From Psammoneis japonica (taxonomy: Eukaryota): a stretch of 64,000 nt of DNA. The position numbers were made by a program, and so were the translations under genes. This document shows positions 61,601 through 64,000 of the stretch, in pieces; positions within the stretch are counted from its first letter, which is position 1; each line of letters begins with the position of its first letter. Location: contig QPGO01000045.1 in assembly GCA_008632985.1 (NCBI GenBank), positions 372,001 through 436,000 on the forward strand, in the 5' to 3' direction. The notes under the pieces were generated by a model, which worked only from the letters and a program-made list of their open reading frames with translations, was not told where the DNA came from and made no database searches.

Positions 61601-64000
61601 GGCAGTCCCTCATCGTCCACATGACAAGGATGCACACCGACCGTTGTCTTTGTGGGAATCATGGCATTTGTTCAGGAGAGTTTTTCCAAGCCGACTTGGG
61701 CCTCGGCTGGAGTGGAAGACGGCAAGAGCACAGCCACAATGTTGGATTCTTTTACAGCGTCTTGTTGTAAAATGTCAAAAGTGGATTTTTTGTCATCTTG
61801 CGGTTCTGACTGAAAAGAAATGAGATCTTCATGCCACAAGTTGCAGTCCACGTCAATCAACCGGGGTGATGGGGATGGCTGGATTGCTGACATGATGGTG
61901 TGAGCATGAACAATTCTGCCAATGCGGTGTCTCATTGCAGTGCTTGACATCAGCCTTGTGGAGCCAGCTGCTGCAGTCAATGTTGGCACAAAGGAGAGTC
62001 TCATTGGCAAGAAGCGAATTGCCAGCAGCGCAACAACAGCTTGGCTCTGTGCCCCCCTTTAAAAGCAGATCAGTGAACAGCAGATGCCGCTCAGCGCATT
62101 GAAGATGACAAGGAGAGCATCATGGCAGACACCATGACAGCTGACAGCACACAGCATGGCCTCAGAGGCCGCAGCATTCTGCACCAAAGGCGACAGCCAG
62201 GCAGCGACCGTCGGACCCGCGGTGGACTTGTTTGAAAAAGAAGCTCAGACCTCCAAGAAGAGAAAAACAAGCTTTGCAAAACTTGCTTGTGCTGTGTTTG
62301 CACTTGTGCAAACACTGCATTGGGCTGCATGCTGTGGATTCAGGCACAGCAGATCAGTTTGAAGCAAGAGCTTGGTCTGGCTGGCCACCCACATCCTTGA
62401 GAGGTGAGCATCCCTGGCAAAAATGTTGGTGTGGTGCTGGCCCAAGCAACTTTTGCCAGAGGCTGCTGACACAGGAAAACAAGATCAGTGCCATGTGTTT
62501 TTGTTCTCAAACTGGCAGCACCCCCACATGGCTGCAAACTTGTTCATTTTTCAACCCAGCAGGGGCAGTGGTGCACATTCTTGAGCAACCATGACTTTGT
62601 GGCAGCAAGTCGTGGTTTGACATTCTCTCTGAACCCACCAGCAATTTGCCCCGACAAGCTCTTGAAATGTTGCTGCCCTTGTTGTGTGCTTTCATGTGTC
62701 AACAACAAAGTCAGAGAAGAGGCTTCAGTGGTGAGCACAGCCCCAGCAACTGCCGGGCAGCATCAACTCACACAACATGGAAAGGGGTGGGTTCCAGTCC
62801 CAGGTGGGATGATGTTTTGTGACATTTGCCCCGCAGAATTCTGCGTGCATCCCCATTGCTGAGGCAGCCCACACTTGCTCCACAATGTCCCACCACAACA
62901 TTGCATGCTAGCGCTGCGCAAGCTTGATCCTCATCTCTGTGAGAAAGCTGCTGGCTGTCAAACTTGTTGAGCTTTTGCTTGTTTTGCTCTGCACTTTTAA
63001 GACTGACAAAACACTGGATTCATGCTGATGCAAAAGTGGCTGGCTGCAGCTTTGCTTGTTGTGAGAAAAGACATGTTGGTTGTCGCCAATGACAAAAGAT
63101 CAGATCTGCAAAAGTGTGGGCCAAGGCTGTGGTTCAATGGAAAAAACAGAAACAACAAGCCCTCCACACAGCAACAAAACATGTGTCTGTGAGGCCAAAC
63201 AATGCCACAAAAAGAAAACTTGACTTTGGGCGGGGGTTGAAAAAGCTTTTTCTGTGACCTCTGCACCACCAAAGAGACCTGCCAGAGAAACAGGGAGTCC
63301 CAAGCAGCATGGCCATGAAACACCAAATGTCCACAATTGTGTGTCTTTTGCGCAGCTTGCAGCTTGTCTTCAATGGAGCGCACCAGCCCCACAGACACAT
63401 GAAAGCAGTTTTTCTTCTCTGGTCTCAGCTCCTGCGCCAGGTGCTTTGGTCATGCAACATGTGCATGAAGAAGAGCTTTAAAAGGACCTCAAGCTTGCCA
63501 CCAAAAGTCAATCTGTTGGTTCAGTGCCCCTCAGAAGAATGGCTCCAATGACACCCACAACAAAGCAGTGCATGTCAGCTGCTCACTGAGTGGAGGAAAG
63601 CACCAAGGAGAGACTGGCTCCTGTTTGTGCCAGCCATTGCCATGCAAGTGTGGAGCAAGCTGGGATTTTGTCTAAAAAACCAACTGTTGTCCCTTTTCTC
63701 CCCACAACTTCTTTTGTTTCAAAATGGCAGTGGAAGCCAAAAAGCCATCAGAGAAGCCAAGTGGCCACAGACACTCTGTGAAAATGCCTGCACTTTTCTC
63801 CTGTCTGCTGCCTCACTCTGGGGTTGGGAAGGAGCATTTCACAGCTTTGGTGAATCTGCATCTCCACTCCAGATGCTCTCATGATCTGCTTTGCTGGCAC
63901 CAAATTTCTCTTGGCCCAGGAGCAGCACAATTTTGGTGGTCTCCAGTGCATGATGTGGCGTGGCATGATCGGGCCATCACTGCTGTCTGCCTGTCTGGCA
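54540..64000. other. TpA-depleted tract E (CpG largely retained in ~59900-62230)
   Basis: Tyr-free ORFs (e.g. 56211-57095, 294 aa). Residual TA is mostly TTAA/CTAA/TTAG/CTAG. Confidence 0.9.
61120..61890 (-). pseudogene. tatD: TatD-family DNase, hypermutated and frameshifted
   Basis: LIDVDCNL, TTVGVHPCHV, AAVGECGLDASKGFPPLENQLPWFRAQVELA, LFVHERLAF, LIHCFAG, GHFVSISGFVC and PLDRLMVETDAPHVGF are spread over three frames. Confidence 0.88.

Noticed and set aside
23721..61890. Bacterial contamination or recent HGT for arsM, METH and tatD
   Set aside because: All three families occur natively in algae, they are interleaved with clearly eukaryotic genes and introns, and there is no operon structure.
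1..64000. rRNA, tRNA or telomeric repeats
   Set aside because: None recognisable by eye; a tRNAscan/Infernal run would be needed to exclude small RNAs.

Overview
Eukaryotic nuclear DNA, most likely a diatom or other stramenopile (short ~95-nt GT-AG introns, B12-dependent METH fragment, Ser/Thr/Pro-rich RxL-motif membrane protein; the taxon is inferred). Only one gene looks intact (44208-47152, a type I mucin-like membrane protein), and one more is nearly intact (11079-12928). The rest is a patchwork of truncated, frameshifted fragments of unrelated genes (GPR180-like, MYND finger, COPB1, arsenite methyltransferase, BUD13, AKR7-like, sulfotransferase-like, METH, MCM4, TatD), a decayed MULE-like transposase carrying a 3'-5' exonuclease domain, and several repeat arrays. 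The most striking signal covers about half of the window. Five multi-kb tracts (~5.2-8.7, 13.3-19.8, 28.2-37.0, 38.8-43.5 and 54.5-64 kb) have lost nearly all TpA and most CpG and are saturated with TpG/CpA. Surviving TpA is almost all in YTAR context, conserved Tyr codons in embedded genes have become Cys or His, and TpA loss extends beyond CpG loss at tract edges. This points to a regional, context-specific A-to-G (TAY->TGY) hypermutation acting alongside CpG decay, the opposite of the fungal RIP signature. All coordinates and counts were read by eye and are approximate.
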